From the IMG/VR virus record IMGVR_UViG_3300042561_001850: a stretch of 64,000 nt of DNA; one strand, 5' to 3'. Both the position numbers and the translations under genes were made by a program. Of this stretch, positions 46,428 through 56,633 are shown one piece after another. The notes below the pieces were generated by a model that was given only the letters and a program-made list of their open reading frames with translations, was not told the origin of the DNA and ran no database searches. Each line of letters starts with the position of its first letter. Positions within the stretch are counted from its first letter, which is position 1. The DNA comes from an uncultured virus (IMG/VR IMGVR_UViG_3300042561_001850). Taxonomy: Duplodnaviria > Heunggongvirae > Uroviricota > Caudoviricetes.

Positions 46428-47017
46428 CGACCAAGGCAAGGGATGCAGTCTTTGCATCATTTGAAGAACAATTTGTTGAATTTGGCCCTATTCGATTGCG
46501 GCAATACAGCGATTTGCTAGGTGGAGAGATTGAGGAATATGACCGGCAGCAACGGGAATCGGCCCAGTTGATGTTGCAGGTGAGTGAGATTGCTCGAACC
46601 ATTGGCGAGCACCCGGATTCTGGGATGGATGCCGATCAGGCCTTCGCTCTGCTGAGCAGCCCTCAAACCGATGCCGCTCTCAAGATCTCCGTGGCCATGA
46701 AATGGGGCCCCCCGGGCGGCTTCGGGGGCGTTGCGGCCTTGTTGCCTGCAAAGGAGGAGCAGCACACCAGGATGATCACCCTGGCGGTGCTCAGCCGCGG
46801 CTCCGCCCAGGTGGATGGCGAATGGCTGCCCCTGCGGGAAGGCTGGAGCGACGCAGACTCCCGGGCGCTGCCGGGCAAACTCCGCACCGCCATCATCAAT
46901 TTCATGGTGCAGGAAGGCAAGGGCGGGCCCCAGCCGGCAGAAGCGGGGGAGGCGGGGGGCGCCGGGGGGGGAAAGCCCCAGGGGGCGCCAGAAAGCAAAC
47001 GATCCACGAACAAATAG
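46424..47017 (+). CDS. Tail assembly chaperone (gpG-like)
   Basis: Between major tail and tape measure genes; ends just after a G GGA AAG slippery site. Confidence 0.7.
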   Translation: MTTKARDAVFASFEEQFVEFGPIRLRQYSDLLGGEIEEYDRQQRESAQLMLQVSEIARTIGEHPDSGMDADQAFALLSSPQTDAALKISVAMKWGPPGGFGGVAALLPAKEEQHTRMITLAVLSRGSAQVDGEWLPLREGWSDADSRALPGKLRTAIINFMVQEGKGGPQPAEAGEAGGAGGGKPQGAPESKRSTNK

Positions 47018-47439
47018 CAAACCTACGGGCTTTTTTAGAGCGAAAACCAACCGATTGGAATAGCATCTACTTTCGCCTGGCTAGTTCTGATCTGCATGAT
47101 CCCCGCTTTCATGCAGATCAATTCCATTTGCAACCAGTCGGCCACATCTTTAAGGCGGTCGAATGGCTCAATGAGCATGACCAGCAGAAGGCCAACATCC
47201 TCTCCCACACCACGGCCCGGCTGGCGGCGATCGTCCTGGCGATTGGATCCCAGGGCACTGCCAAAAGCGACCACACCGAATTTCTGCCCTTCTTGGCGCC
47301 ACTCCCTGGTGGCAAGCCCAACATCAAGCCAGCCGTGATCGCCACCATCGAGGGGCTGATTCGCGCCAGGCGTCTGCCCATGGCCATCGTCGCCCTGCTG
47401 GCGGAGGACATTCGCTCGACCATGAAACCGGCAGAATGA
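46969..47439 (+). CDS. -1 frameshift extension of the tail chaperone (gpGT-like)
   Basis: GGGAAAG at 46969-46975 in the X XXY YYZ phase; the -1 frame is open to 47439. Confidence 0.75.
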   Translation, partial: GKAPGGARKQTIHEQIANLRAFLERKPTDWNSIYFRLASSDLHDPRFHADQFHLQPVGHIFKAVEWLNEHDQQKANILSHTTARLAAIVLAIGSQGTAKSDHTEFLPFLAPLPGGKPNIKPAVIATIEGLIRARRLPMAIVALLAEDIRSTMKPAE

Positions 47440-47458
47440 CCAACAGGCAAATGGTTCG

Positions 47459-50400
47459 TTGGCAGGTGGGGAGGTCGATCTTGGTGCTGCCGTACTGCGG
47501 CTCTATGGCGATCGCAGCGAGCTGGACAAAGAACTGGAAAAGCTGCGTCGATATACCGAACAATTAGAAAAGCAGGGCATCAAGGTCAAATTTGACGCCG
47601 AAACCGGCAACGCCACCCGCGAGGTGAACACCCTCCAGCAGAAGCTGGTGGGCCTGCGCAGCACGCTGGAGGCCGTAAGCCGGGGCATGGAGGGAGATGC
47701 GTCGGCCTGGGAGGGCCTCGCCGACATGCTCACCAAGGCGGGCAAGAGCGCCGATGGCGGCTCTGGCGGCATCTCCAAAATGGCCGGTGGCCTGGCCGGC
47801 CTCAGCCGGGCGGCCGGGGTGGCGCTGCCAATCCTGGGTCAGATCGGCCTGGCGGGGATGGGGTTGCAGACGATCTTCAACGCTGTGGCCGCGGCCGTTG
47901 GCTCAATCACCGGGCCCCTGCAGGCCCTGTCTCAGCAGACGGGCGAATTCAACAAACAGGTTGCTGAGGCCAGCATCTTCACGTCACAGGCCTTTGCCGT
48001 GATCGGCCCGGACGGCAAAGCCATTGAGGGGACCTCAAACCAGATGCGGGCCCTGCGCGGCCGAATCACAGGCGAATTCAAGGAAATCCAAAAGGAAGTG
48101 GCGATGATTTCGGGCGCCACATCCAGCGAGGTGTACGACGCATTTAATATCATCAGCCAGAACAACTCTGGATTGGGGAAGCAGGGCGAAAACCTTAGCA
48201 ATGTCACCAAGCTTTCGACCCGCATCGCTGCGGCAATGGCGACGCTCAACATCCCTGGTTATCAGTTGCGGGGAGAGGCCAGCAGCCTGCTGAGCGGCAA
48301 TGTGCAACCTGGTGATGAGCTGGCGATGAAGCTTTATGGCCAGGGTGCCGGCGAGCGGATCCGCACCTTGCAAGCAGAAGGCAAATACTATGACGACTTG
48401 ATGGATAAGCTAAATAAGCTATATGACGGTCAGAAAGTATTAGCGGCATCGCTGGAGAACACGCTAAGCAACTTTCAAGATGTGATGCAGTCAATAAATA
48501 CAAGTGGTGGCCAGGGATTTGAACGTGGGTCAGCCCGTGCACTACAGGCAATTTTGACGCCGCTGACGGAATTAAAAGACACCTTTGGCGACATGATGCG
48601 ATCCATAGGCGAAGGCCTGGAGCCAGTCATCGTGTTGGCGGGGCAGCTTGCCGGCGCACTGGTGCCAGTGTTATCAGTTGGCGCCTCTATCATTCAAATT
48701 GTTAGCGACATCACAGCTCTGGTTGGGAACCTTGCCGGTGCTGTACTTACGCCAATTATTCAGTATGTGACGGCTGGTCTTACCACAATCGCCAAGATGT
48801 TTCAGCTATTGGCTTCGCTGGTATCGACAATGCTGCGACCAATCACGCTGTTTTTCCGCCTGATTGGCCAGCAGGGTGGAGACTATAGCGATAACGCCTT
48901 CGACAAAATCAACGACACCCTAGATAGCCTTATAGAGAAAAGCGACAGGCTGGGCGCAGTTATCTCGAAACCCTTCATTGAAGCCGCTAAGGCTGCCGCC
49001 TGGCTGGAGGGCAAGGCCCGGGGGCTCAGCGACAAGGAAATCATGGCGCGGCAAGCCGATATAGCCGCCGAATTTGCCGACAAAATCGGCACCAACGACA
49101 AGATCAGCCTGCGCAGCATCAATGTCTCGCCGCTGGCCAAGCAGATGCAGCAGGAGGCGGAGAAGCGCTACGCCGGGGCGATTCCAGAAGAGAAGCAGCT
49201 GGCCAAGACCAGAGAGCTGGCCGCCATCAAGGAGAAGATCTACAACAACGAGATCACCGCCCTCAACCAGGGGCTGGCCCTGCTGCAGGCCCAGCGGGCC
49301 GTGCAGGAGAAGCTGTTTGGCTTGGCCGATGCTCGGCGCGGGCTGGAAACCCAACGGGCTCAGTTTCAGGTGTCGGTGGCGGCATCCCCCGAAGCCCGCG
49401 CCCAGGCCGAAGACCGCCGCAATCAACTGGCCAATACCCAGGAGCAGCAACGGATTCGTGAGCGGGTCACCGCCTTGCAGTCTGAGAAGGCAATCCAGCA
49501 GCAGCAGCTGGAGATCAGCATCCGCCAGGCGGCCATCCAGCAGCAGCAGCTGACCATCCAGCGGGCCGAAATCGACGTGCAGCGGCTCAAAACCCGGCTG
49601 GCGATGGAGGAGTTCTATCAAAAAGCCCAAAACGCTGCTCCCAACTCTGCTGAGCAGAAGTCGTTGCTTGCCAACTACGAATTACAGAAGGACATTCTTT
49701 ATATCTATCGCCAGCAGATGGAAGCGGCCGATCGCGCAGTGGCCCTATCCGCCGAAGGCGCCACCAACCTGCGCCGCACCGGCGCCCTGCAGCAGCAAAG
49801 CCTCGACATCCAGCAGCGGGCCCTGGGGGTCCAGGTCGAAGCGGCCAACCTCAGCCTGGCCCAGCAGCGGGTGTTGACCCGGCTGAACGAACAGGAGCAG
49901 GCGATCAAGAACAACCTCGCCGAACGCACCCAGGTGGAAACCCGGTTGCAGAACGGCCGCCAGCAGGAGATCGCCATTCTCGAGCGCCAGCGCAATGCCC
50001 AGGAAAAGCTGCAGGCGATCGAAAAAAGCAGGGCCGACCTGGCCAAGGCCCGCCTCGATGCCAATGCGCAGGATGCCGAGCGCATGCTGTCGCTGGCCCG
50101 GGCCCAGGCCGATGCCCGCAACAACCCCTCATCGGTGTCGGCGGTGATCGGCGCCCAGATCGAGGCCCTGGCACTCGGCCGCACCGGGCTGGTGAGCGAG
50201 GCCGATGCTGTTCGGGAGCTCTACAACGCCAAGGCCCGGCAGCTGAACCTGGAGCAATCGGTTGCCCGCCAGCAGCTGGAGTTCCAGCAGAAGCGGGAGG
50301 CTTCCGAGCAGCGGATCGCTCTGCTGCGCCTGCAGGTGGAGCGCACCAGCCAGAACATTGCCCTGCTGAACCTGGATTCGGCCCGGCAACAGCTAAAGGT

Positions 50401-52093
50401 CCAGGCCCAACGCGACACCCTTAGTGGCGCCACCGGGGCCGCGGCGCCTCCAGTGGTCGCGACGGGGGGGCGCATGATTTCAGGGGCTAGGACCAATCGC
50501 ACCCGCGATCCTGATGCGGAAGCAACCGGCTGGGACATCGTGGTGCCTGGTGGCCGCGGCGGTGCTGTCACCAATCCATTCGGGAAACTCACGATCACCG
50601 GCACCGGCTTTCAGGGCCGCGGTGCGGGATCAACTGGCAAAGGGTACGGCAGCTGGGTCAGCGGAGAGTTCAATATCGGCGGCAAGAAATACGAAATGCT
50701 GCTCGGTCACTTCGACAGCATTGACGTGGCCAAAGGGATGACCCTTGGCCCTGGCGACCGCATTGGGAGCCAGGGCATTACGGGCCGGACCTTTGGGACT
50801 CATGTCACCACCCACGTCAACCCCAAAGGCGGGGCATCAACGGCTGACGCTTGGCAAGCGCTGGAAGCACTTACTCGTGCGTGGGAAACGGGGCGCATGG
50901 TCCCTGGGTCAGGTTCAGCCGCGCTCCCCGCCATGGCGTCAAGACCCCGCAGTGGGCCCGACATCTTCGCCGGTATTGACATGAATGGCCCCATCCCAGA
51001 TGCAACACCAGCACCGCTACGGCGGCTGCAAGGTGGCTCGGCGCCAAGGGCAATCGCTACCGCCACGGCTTCTGCCGGCCCGATCCTGGCCGCCCAACCC
51101 CTCGAAAAGCCGCTGAACAGCCTGGGCAACAGCCTCCAGGCCAACACCGACAGCATGGAGCAGACGCGCCAGTTGCTGGCCAACATCGACACCGCGATCA
51201 AAGACCTGCAGGATGAATTGGGAGGGACCAGAACCCGCAATGAATTCGACACCGAAGCCCTGAGAATCAACCAGGCGGAGCAGAGCAGGGCCATGGAGGT
51301 GGAGCGGATAAGCGCCCAGCTCAAGGCTGAAATCCTCAACTCCCCCCGCGGCCGACTGGCTGCCGGCCTGACGGAGGAGACCGTGGGCGGGTTGGGCGGC
51401 GGCGTCCGCCAGGCGCTTTCTACGGCAATGCAGGGCGGCGACATCCGCGGGGCGATCGCCCAGGCCCTGGCCGGCACCGCCGATCGCCTGGCCCAGACCA
51501 CCCTCAATTCCATCCTCGCCCCCCTCGAACAGCTGCTCACCGGCAACCTGTTCCAGGCCCTCAGCGGCTTCAGCGGGGCAGCGGGGCAGCAGATGACCGC
51601 AGCCCAGCTGATGCTGCGGGCGGGGCAGTTGATGGCCCAAAGCGGCGTGGGCAGTGGCTTTACACCAGGTGGCGGTGGCGGGCTGGGGTTGATCGGCGAC
51701 CTCTTTGGAGGCCTGGGCCCTGGTGCGGGGCTGGTGGGCGCCGGCATCAAGGGCCTAGGCAGCGCCTTCAATGTCACCGACTTCCCGCTGGCCCAGTTTG
51801 CGGCCGGTGGGGTCTCCCATGGCCCCAAAAGTGGTTACGCGGCCATGCTCCATGGCACTGAGGCGATTGTTCCTCTGCCGAACGGCCGCAGCCTGCCGGT
51901 GCAGCTGCAGGGAGGGGCGGCCGGCGGCGGCTGGGGCGGCGGATCGATCACCATCCCGATCAGCGTCGACGCCACGGGCACGGCCGTCGCCGGCAACAAC
52001 GAGAAGGGTTCGAGGTTGGGCGAAATGGTCGGCCAGGCGGTGAAAGAGGTGCTAATCCGCGAGAAACGCCCCGGCGGCATTCTCTACAACTGA
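47459..52093 (+). CDS. Tape measure protein with an embedded M23-like domain
   Basis: 1544 aa, Ala/Gln-rich helical; GYGSWV..LLGHFDSIDVAKG..GDRIGSQGITG; C-terminal FAAGG..AMLHGTEAIVPL. Confidence 0.9.
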   Translation: MAGGEVDLGAAVLRLYGDRSELDKELEKLRRYTEQLEKQGIKVKFDAETGNATREVNTLQQKLVGLRSTLEAVSRGMEGDASAWEGLADMLTKAGKSADGGSGGISKMAGGLAGLSRAAGVALPILGQIGLAGMGLQTIFNAVAAAVGSITGPLQALSQQTGEFNKQVAEASIFTSQAFAVIGPDGKAIEGTSNQMRALRGRITGEFKEIQKEVAMISGATSSEVYDAFNIISQNNSGLGKQGENLSNVTKLSTRIAAAMATLNIPGYQLRGEASSLLSGNVQPGDELAMKLYGQGAGERIRTLQAEGKYYDDLMDKLNKLYDGQKVLAASLENTLSNFQDVMQSINTSGGQGFERGSARALQAILTPLTELKDTFGDMMRSIGEGLEPVIVLAGQLAGALVPVLSVGASIIQIVSDITALVGNLAGAVLTPIIQYVTAGLTTIAKMFQLLASLVSTMLRPITLFFRLIGQQGGDYSDNAFDKINDTLDSLIEKSDRLGAVISKPFIEAAKAAAWLEGKARGLSDKEIMARQADIAAEFADKIGTNDKISLRSINVSPLAKQMQQEAEKRYAGAIPEEKQLAKTRELAAIKEKIYNNEITALNQGLALLQAQRAVQEKLFGLADARRGLETQRAQFQVSVAASPEARAQAEDRRNQLANTQEQQRIRERVTALQSEKAIQQQQLEISIRQAAIQQQQLTIQRAEIDVQRLKTRLAMEEFYQKAQNAAPNSAEQKSLLANYELQKDILYIYRQQMEAADRAVALSAEGATNLRRTGALQQQSLDIQQRALGVQVEAANLSLAQQRVLTRLNEQEQAIKNNLAERTQVETRLQNGRQQEIAILERQRNAQEKLQAIEKSRADLAKARLDANAQDAERMLSLARAQADARNNPSSVSAVIGAQIEALALGRTGLVSEADAVRELYNAKARQLNLEQSVARQQLEFQQKREASEQRIALLRLQVERTSQNIALLNLDSARQQLKVQAQRDTLSGATGAAAPPVVATGGRMISGARTNRTRDPDAEATGWDIVVPGGRGGAVTNPFGKLTITGTGFQGRGAGSTGKGYGSWVSGEFNIGGKKYEMLLGHFDSIDVAKGMTLGPGDRIGSQGITGRTFGTHVTTHVNPKGGASTADAWQALEALTRAWETGRMVPGSGSAALPAMASRPRSGPDIFAGIDMNGPIPDATPAPLRRLQGGSAPRAIATATASAGPILAAQPLEKPLNSLGNSLQANTDSMEQTRQLLANIDTAIKDLQDELGGTRTRNEFDTEALRINQAEQSRAMEVERISAQLKAEILNSPRGRLAAGLTEETVGGLGGGVRQALSTAMQGGDIRGAIAQALAGTADRLAQTTLNSILAPLEQLLTGNLFQALSGFSGAAGQQMTAAQLMLRAGQLMAQSGVGSGFTPGGGGGLGLIGDLFGGLGPGAGLVGAGIKGLGSAFNVTDFPLAQFAAGGVSHGPKSGYAAMLHGTEAIVPLPNGRSLPVQLQGGAAGGGWGGGSITIPISVDATGTAVAGNNEKGSRLGEMVGQAVKEVLIREKRPGGILYN

Positions 52094-52443
52094 TGCCCTT
52101 CACCCTGCCAGCCAGCCCCCGGCCGATCTACCCGGCAACCGAAACCACCAAGCCGGAGCTGCGGGGGAGCCAATTTGGCGACGGGCCGGAAGACCGCAAG
52201 GCTTTGGGGCTCAACCAGTTCCCCGTCACCCTGCCGCTGCAATGGGCGCCGCTGCCAATGGACAAGGCCAAGATCCTCACCACCTTTTTTGAGGCGCGAC
52301 TACGCAACAACCAGGCTTTTCTCTGGACGCCACCGGACCGCCCCGAAGCTCTTTGGCGCTGCCCGCAATGGTCGCTGACTGGGGCTGGCCGCGGCTTGTA
52401 TGTGCTCAGTGCCGTTTTTGAGCAGTCCTTCGGGATCCGATGA
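52093..52443 (+). CDS. Minor tail protein M-like (distal tail)
   Basis: QFGDGPEDR..GLN..FFEAR..AFLWTPP..WRC..W..AVFEQ. Confidence 0.8.
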   Translation: MPFTLPASPRPIYPATETTKPELRGSQFGDGPEDRKALGLNQFPVTLPLQWAPLPMDKAKILTTFFEARLRNNQAFLWTPPDRPEALWRCPQWSLTGAGRGLYVLSAVFEQSFGIR

Positions 52444-53342
52444 CCTACTCCACCTTCCCGGCGGTGCCGGTGAAAAGCGAGCTGAGCAAAGAGGTGCGCA
52501 GCCTTGCTACCAAACAGCCCTTGGGGGACGGCTACACATACATCACTCAGTTCGGGCTGCATCCGCTGGAGGAGACCTGGCGGGTGCGGATGCTGATCAA
52601 GCTCAGTGAAGCAGCCACGGTTCGGTCTTTCCTGGAGGCCCGGGCAACCGATGGGAAACCATTCCTCTGGACGCCGCCAGACCATGCGGGGGGCAGCACT
52701 CCCATGTGGAAGGTCGAAGAATGGCCAATCGCCAGAGAATTTCAGTCCATGGTGAAGATTGATCTGCTGCTGCGTCGGATTTGGGGGAAACTTGCACCAC
52801 CTGGGTTCAGGATTGGTGGCGTGCCGCATTATTGCCAGGCGCAGCCTGATTTTGCTTTGCACCCTTCAGCCGCATACGTTCGGTGGGTTGGTGTGCAATG
52901 GTCGGAGCGGGGATATGGCGGCCTCGGCGGTAGCTCGGCGCCTCCGGTGACAAATAACATCACAACGAGTTGGCGACCGTTGCGCACAACAACAGGCCAG
53001 CTTATTACATATGGGATTGGGGGCATAGTATTGGAAGGAAACTATAGCGCCGCAGGCTACTTAGGCCCTTGGTACTCAAATATAGATATTTACGTTGCTT
53101 ATTATTCAGGGCCAGGCAATTCCATGGGCGGATCCATGAGTGTATTCTACATTTACACAGCAAACCCAACGCTGCCGCTCCAGGGTGCAGAAACCAACAC
53201 TGGGTACGGTTTCAGCCGATCCGCCTACGATTACTCCAACTTTGCCACCGCCAGGGGGCTCTGGGAATTCGCCAACGCCGCTTATGAAGTGATTTTTACC
53301 TGGGATGGATATTCCCGGCTGCGTCCAGGTGCCGTAATCTAA
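52440..53342 (+). CDS. Second gpM-like protein with a C-terminal extension of about 180 aa
   Basis: LGDGYTY..GLHP..FLEARA..PFLWTPPD, then a Tyr/Gly/Ser-rich domain. Confidence 0.7.
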   Translation: MTYSTFPAVPVKSELSKEVRSLATKQPLGDGYTYITQFGLHPLEETWRVRMLIKLSEAATVRSFLEARATDGKPFLWTPPDHAGGSTPMWKVEEWPIAREFQSMVKIDLLLRRIWGKLAPPGFRIGGVPHYCQAQPDFALHPSAAYVRWVGVQWSERGYGGLGGSSAPPVTNNITTSWRPLRTTTGQLITYGIGGIVLEGNYSAAGYLGPWYSNIDIYVAYYSGPGNSMGGSMSVFYIYTANPTLPLQGAETNTGYGFSRSAYDYSNFATARGLWEFANAAYEVIFTWDGYSRLRPGAVI

Positions 53343-53345
53343 ATC

Positions 53346-54089
53346 ATGATGGATTCAACACTCAGGGCTGAACTCGCTTCGATGGAACCTGGTTCCATCA
53401 TCGAATTGTTTGAAATCGAAGCCAACTGCCGAATCCACGGCGTTGATCAAACCTTTAGGTTTTCAAACACCTATAGCGCTTCCAGCACAGTGATACCAGT
53501 GATTTGGGCTGGTAATTCCTATTGGCCAATCACAATTGAAGCCGACGGCTTTGCTTATGACGGCAAAGGGGTGCTGCCTACACCCACATTGCGGCTGGGC
53601 AATGTCAATGGTGAAATTTCCGCAATCCTCAATGAGGTCAATGCCTTCACCCCAGGCAACGACCTTGGCCTGGCCAAGTTCACCAGAATCAGAACCCTAG
53701 CCAGGTTCCTTGATGCCGCGAATTTTGATGATGGGGTGAATCCTTACGGCACACCCAACCCGGCTGCGACATTTCCGCCAGAGATTTACTACGTTGACAA
53801 GAAGGAGCTTGAATGCCGCGATGTAGTCGAATTCAAGATGGAATCAGCGTTTAGCTTGGTGGGTGAACGGGGCCCTCGGCGCCAATGCCTCAAGCAATGC
53901 ACCTTTGTGTTGGGAGGCGATGGCTGCGGCTACAACGGCCCCAACTTTTTTGACGAAAACAACAATCCAGTTGCGTCAGCCGAACTAAGCGTTTGCAGCC
54001 AGACACTGACTGGTTGTCGATTACGCCATGGCGAAGGCGCTGAACTTCCATACGGTGGTTATCCAGGTATTGGCAATTACAATGCCTGA
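53346..54089 (+). CDS. Minor tail protein L
   Basis: IIELFEI, IEADGFAYDGKG..PTPTL, RIRTLARFLDAANF, conserved C-terminal Cys, LPYGGYPG. Confidence 0.9.
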   Translation: MMDSTLRAELASMEPGSIIELFEIEANCRIHGVDQTFRFSNTYSASSTVIPVIWAGNSYWPITIEADGFAYDGKGVLPTPTLRLGNVNGEISAILNEVNAFTPGNDLGLAKFTRIRTLARFLDAANFDDGVNPYGTPNPAATFPPEIYYVDKKELECRDVVEFKMESAFSLVGERGPRRQCLKQCTFVLGGDGCGYNGPNFFDENNNPVASAELSVCSQTLTGCRLRHGEGAELPYGGYPGIGNYNA

Positions 54090-54098
54090 TCGCCAGCA

Positions 54099-54836
54099 AT
54101 GAACAACCAGACCCGTGCTGCAGCGCTGCTTGCCGCAGTGGCCGAGGCCCCCCGCGAAAGCTGCGGCCTGGTGGTGGTGGTGGGCGGCAAGGAGCGCTAC
54201 TGGCCCTGCCGCAACATCAACCCGATTCAGACTGATTTCAGCATTGATCCAGCCGACTACCTGGCCGCCGCCAGGGCCGGAACAATCGTGGCGGTGATCC
54301 ATTCCCATCCCGACGGCTTCCCACATCCATCTGATGCCGATCGCGCCAGCTGCGAGAAGTGGGGGATCCCCTGGCACATCGTCTCCCCGCACCTGGGTGA
54401 CGGCCAGGGCCAGTGGTTCAGCTTCGAGCCCAGTGGCTGGAAGCCGCCGTTGATCGGCAGGCAATGGTCGTGGGGGGTTCACGACTGCTGGGCGCTAGTA
54501 CGGGACTGGTACGCCGAGCAAAACCTGCCCCTGCCGGACTTCGAGCGGCCCGCTGACCCAGAAGAGTTCATGCGCCAGCCCCTGTTCGAGAGCCTCTACG
54601 CCGAGGCCGGCTTCTTTGCGGTGCCCCGGGAGCAGATCCGGGCCGGCGATGCCGTTCTGCAAAGCCGTTTCGTGCCCGGGCTCAACCATGTGGGCGTCAT
54701 CCTGCCCGATGGCCGCCTGCTCCATCACGTAGAGGGCCGCCTGTCGAGCTCCGACATCTACGGCGACGGCCACCAGCGCAGCACCGGCCGGGTGTTGCGA
54801 CCGCTTGCCTGGAAGGACAAGAGCCCCTGGACTTAG
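54099..54836 (+). CDS. Tail tip protein K (JAB plus NlpC/P60)
   Basis: PRESCGL..HSHP..PSDADR; DCWALVRDWY..NHVGV..LLHH. Confidence 0.9.
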   Translation: MNNQTRAAALLAAVAEAPRESCGLVVVVGGKERYWPCRNINPIQTDFSIDPADYLAAARAGTIVAVIHSHPDGFPHPSDADRASCEKWGIPWHIVSPHLGDGQGQWFSFEPSGWKPPLIGRQWSWGVHDCWALVRDWYAEQNLPLPDFERPADPEEFMRQPLFESLYAEAGFFAVPREQIRAGDAVLQSRFVPGLNHVGVILPDGRLLHHVEGRLSSSDIYGDGHQRSTGRVLRPLAWKDKSPWT

Positions 54837-54875
54837 GGGCCCTTGGGCGCTCGCCGCCGGCCCCCCCCGTGGCGG

Positions 54876-55090
54876 TATCAAATCCAGTGCTCCGGGATTT
54901 CCGGACAACTCGAGCGGACTGGGCTGATAGCTGGCAGCTAGCTCCCCGAATTTGGCTGCCAGCTCCCGGAATTTGGCCAAAAATCGGCAACCCTGACTTG
55001 GATTTCACTGGGCGCCCCTCGCCGCCCCCCGAGCGTTTGCCGTTCCCCGGGCGTTATCAAATCGAACTATCCGGTATTTCCGGACAGTTC
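54876..55090. repeat. Cluster of imperfect repeats and pseudo-palindromes downstream of the KilA-N gene
   Basis: TATCAAATC-N6-TCCGGnATTTCCGGACA at 54876 and 55055; GCTCCCsGAATTTGGC at 54941 and 54962. Confidence 0.7.
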
Positions 55091-56177
55091 AGAGGCGCTC
55101 GAACAGCCAGCTGGGCCGCCCTGGGGGGAGGGTGCTGCCGAGATCACCGCAGCCGATTTTGCCCTGGCCAATCAGCTGCCAGCCATCGCGGCTGGCGCCG
55201 ATGCCGTGGTGGCGCGACCAATCGTTGATGCGGTGGGTGGTGATGCCCAGGATCCGGGCCAGCTCCGGGCCCGCAATCTGCTCACCTCGCCGGAACCGCC
55301 GAACCTGATCAGGCTCGATCGGCCGCAGGTGCCGGCAGATCATCGTTTCGGGTGGCTGGGCGGCCTGCCAGGGATCGGGCCCCGGCCACGGCGCCGATGA
55401 ACGGCGACGGCGCCGGACCGGCAAATCCGCTGGGGTTGGGGTGGCCGGGGTTGCCGGCAGGGCAGCCACCGAACCAGCCGCCGAGAAATCTTCGGCAACT
55501 GGTAAGGCGGGCTTACAGGTTGGAGGGAGCACCAGCTGGGCATAGCGCTGCACCAACCAGCCCATGAAATGTGTGGCCAGGGGCCGGGCATAGCGCAGCG
55601 AGCGCGGCACTTCATGCGCCGCTCGGCCCTCGATGGCAGCTTCCACCTCCTTGGCATAGGCCGCAACGATCTCGTTCCAGTCCGCAGGGGCTGTCACCGC
55701 CGAGAACCCAAAAGCTGTGGCGGCTCCCCCTAGGGGGGTGGCTCCCGTGCCGGCCGCGGCGGCTCTGGCCCCTTGGGTCTGGGACCCCTGGGCACCGGCA
55801 TGCTGGGCCGCGGCGCCCTGGGCCTGGGCCTGCACCACCTCCAGAAACCAGCCATCCATCCAGACGGCAAAGGCGGGACTGATCCACCGGGCCAAATCCA
55901 CGGCCAACCTGGGGTGGATCCAGGTGCCACGAAGGTGGTTTAGGCCTGTTGCAATCACCTGAATCAGGTCACCGCATTTTTGCGGCGACCCCAAATTTGC
56001 ACCCAATGCAGCGAGGTAAGCCTGTGTGCGTTCAGATCTGAAATATGTGAACCATTCGCGGCCACCAGCCCGACACATGGCCGTGGCATTGACAAAGCCG
56101 TCAGCGGGCCGGCGCTGAATCTCCACACCGTTCCAGATGCGGCAATCCATCCCCATGGGGGAAGAAAAGCAATTCAT
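55089..56177 (-). CDS. KilA-N domain protein (antirepressor-like), antisense within the tail operon
   Basis: WNGVEIQRRPADGFVNATAMCRA..TQAYLAAL..RGTWIHPRLAVDLARWISPAFAVW. Confidence 0.88.
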   Translation of the reverse strand: MNCFSSPMGMDCRIWNGVEIQRRPADGFVNATAMCRAGGREWFTYFRSERTQAYLAALGANLGSPQKCGDLIQVIATGLNHLRGTWIHPRLAVDLARWISPAFAVWMDGWFLEVVQAQAQGAAAQHAGAQGSQTQGARAAAAGTGATPLGGAATAFGFSAVTAPADWNEIVAAYAKEVEAAIEGRAAHEVPRSLRYARPLATHFMGWLVQRYAQLVLPPTCKPALPVAEDFSAAGSVAALPATPATPTPADLPVRRRRRSSAPWPGPDPWQAAQPPETMICRHLRPIEPDQVRRFRRGEQIAGPELARILGITTHRINDWSRHHGIGASRDGWQLIGQGKIGCGDLGSTLPPGRPSWLFERL

Positions 56178-56633
56178 GGGTTGCTCCCGCTCGAAACGGG
56201 GCTATCTGTAAAACTTGATGTCGCCACCAAGCCACCAGACATTACTGCATCCGTATGGAAATGGCATTAGGTGGAGGCTGGGCCTCCGATACCGGTGCCC
56301 AGGCCTGATGCCCAAGCTGAGCAGCGACAGACGGCACTGCTCCCGACGCCCAGCCTTGCGGTTAAGGCCGACCCAACCCCCAAAACGAGCGTACACGGTT
56401 CAGGATGAAAGGTCGGGCAAGAAAGGGGGGGGCTGGAGGCGGTTTCAGAGGCATGGCTCTGGAGGGGCTCCAGAGGCACGGGGTTGGATGGGCCCCAGGG
56501 CCACGGCAGGGGCTCCAGAGCCTTGGCCATCAAGCCGGTGCCGGCAAGTCAGACGCTGAGAAAAATTGGATGGTAAAGTCCACCCCGAAAGCCGTGACCA
56601 TGGCTATCAAAAACAAACCTCACACCGAATGCC

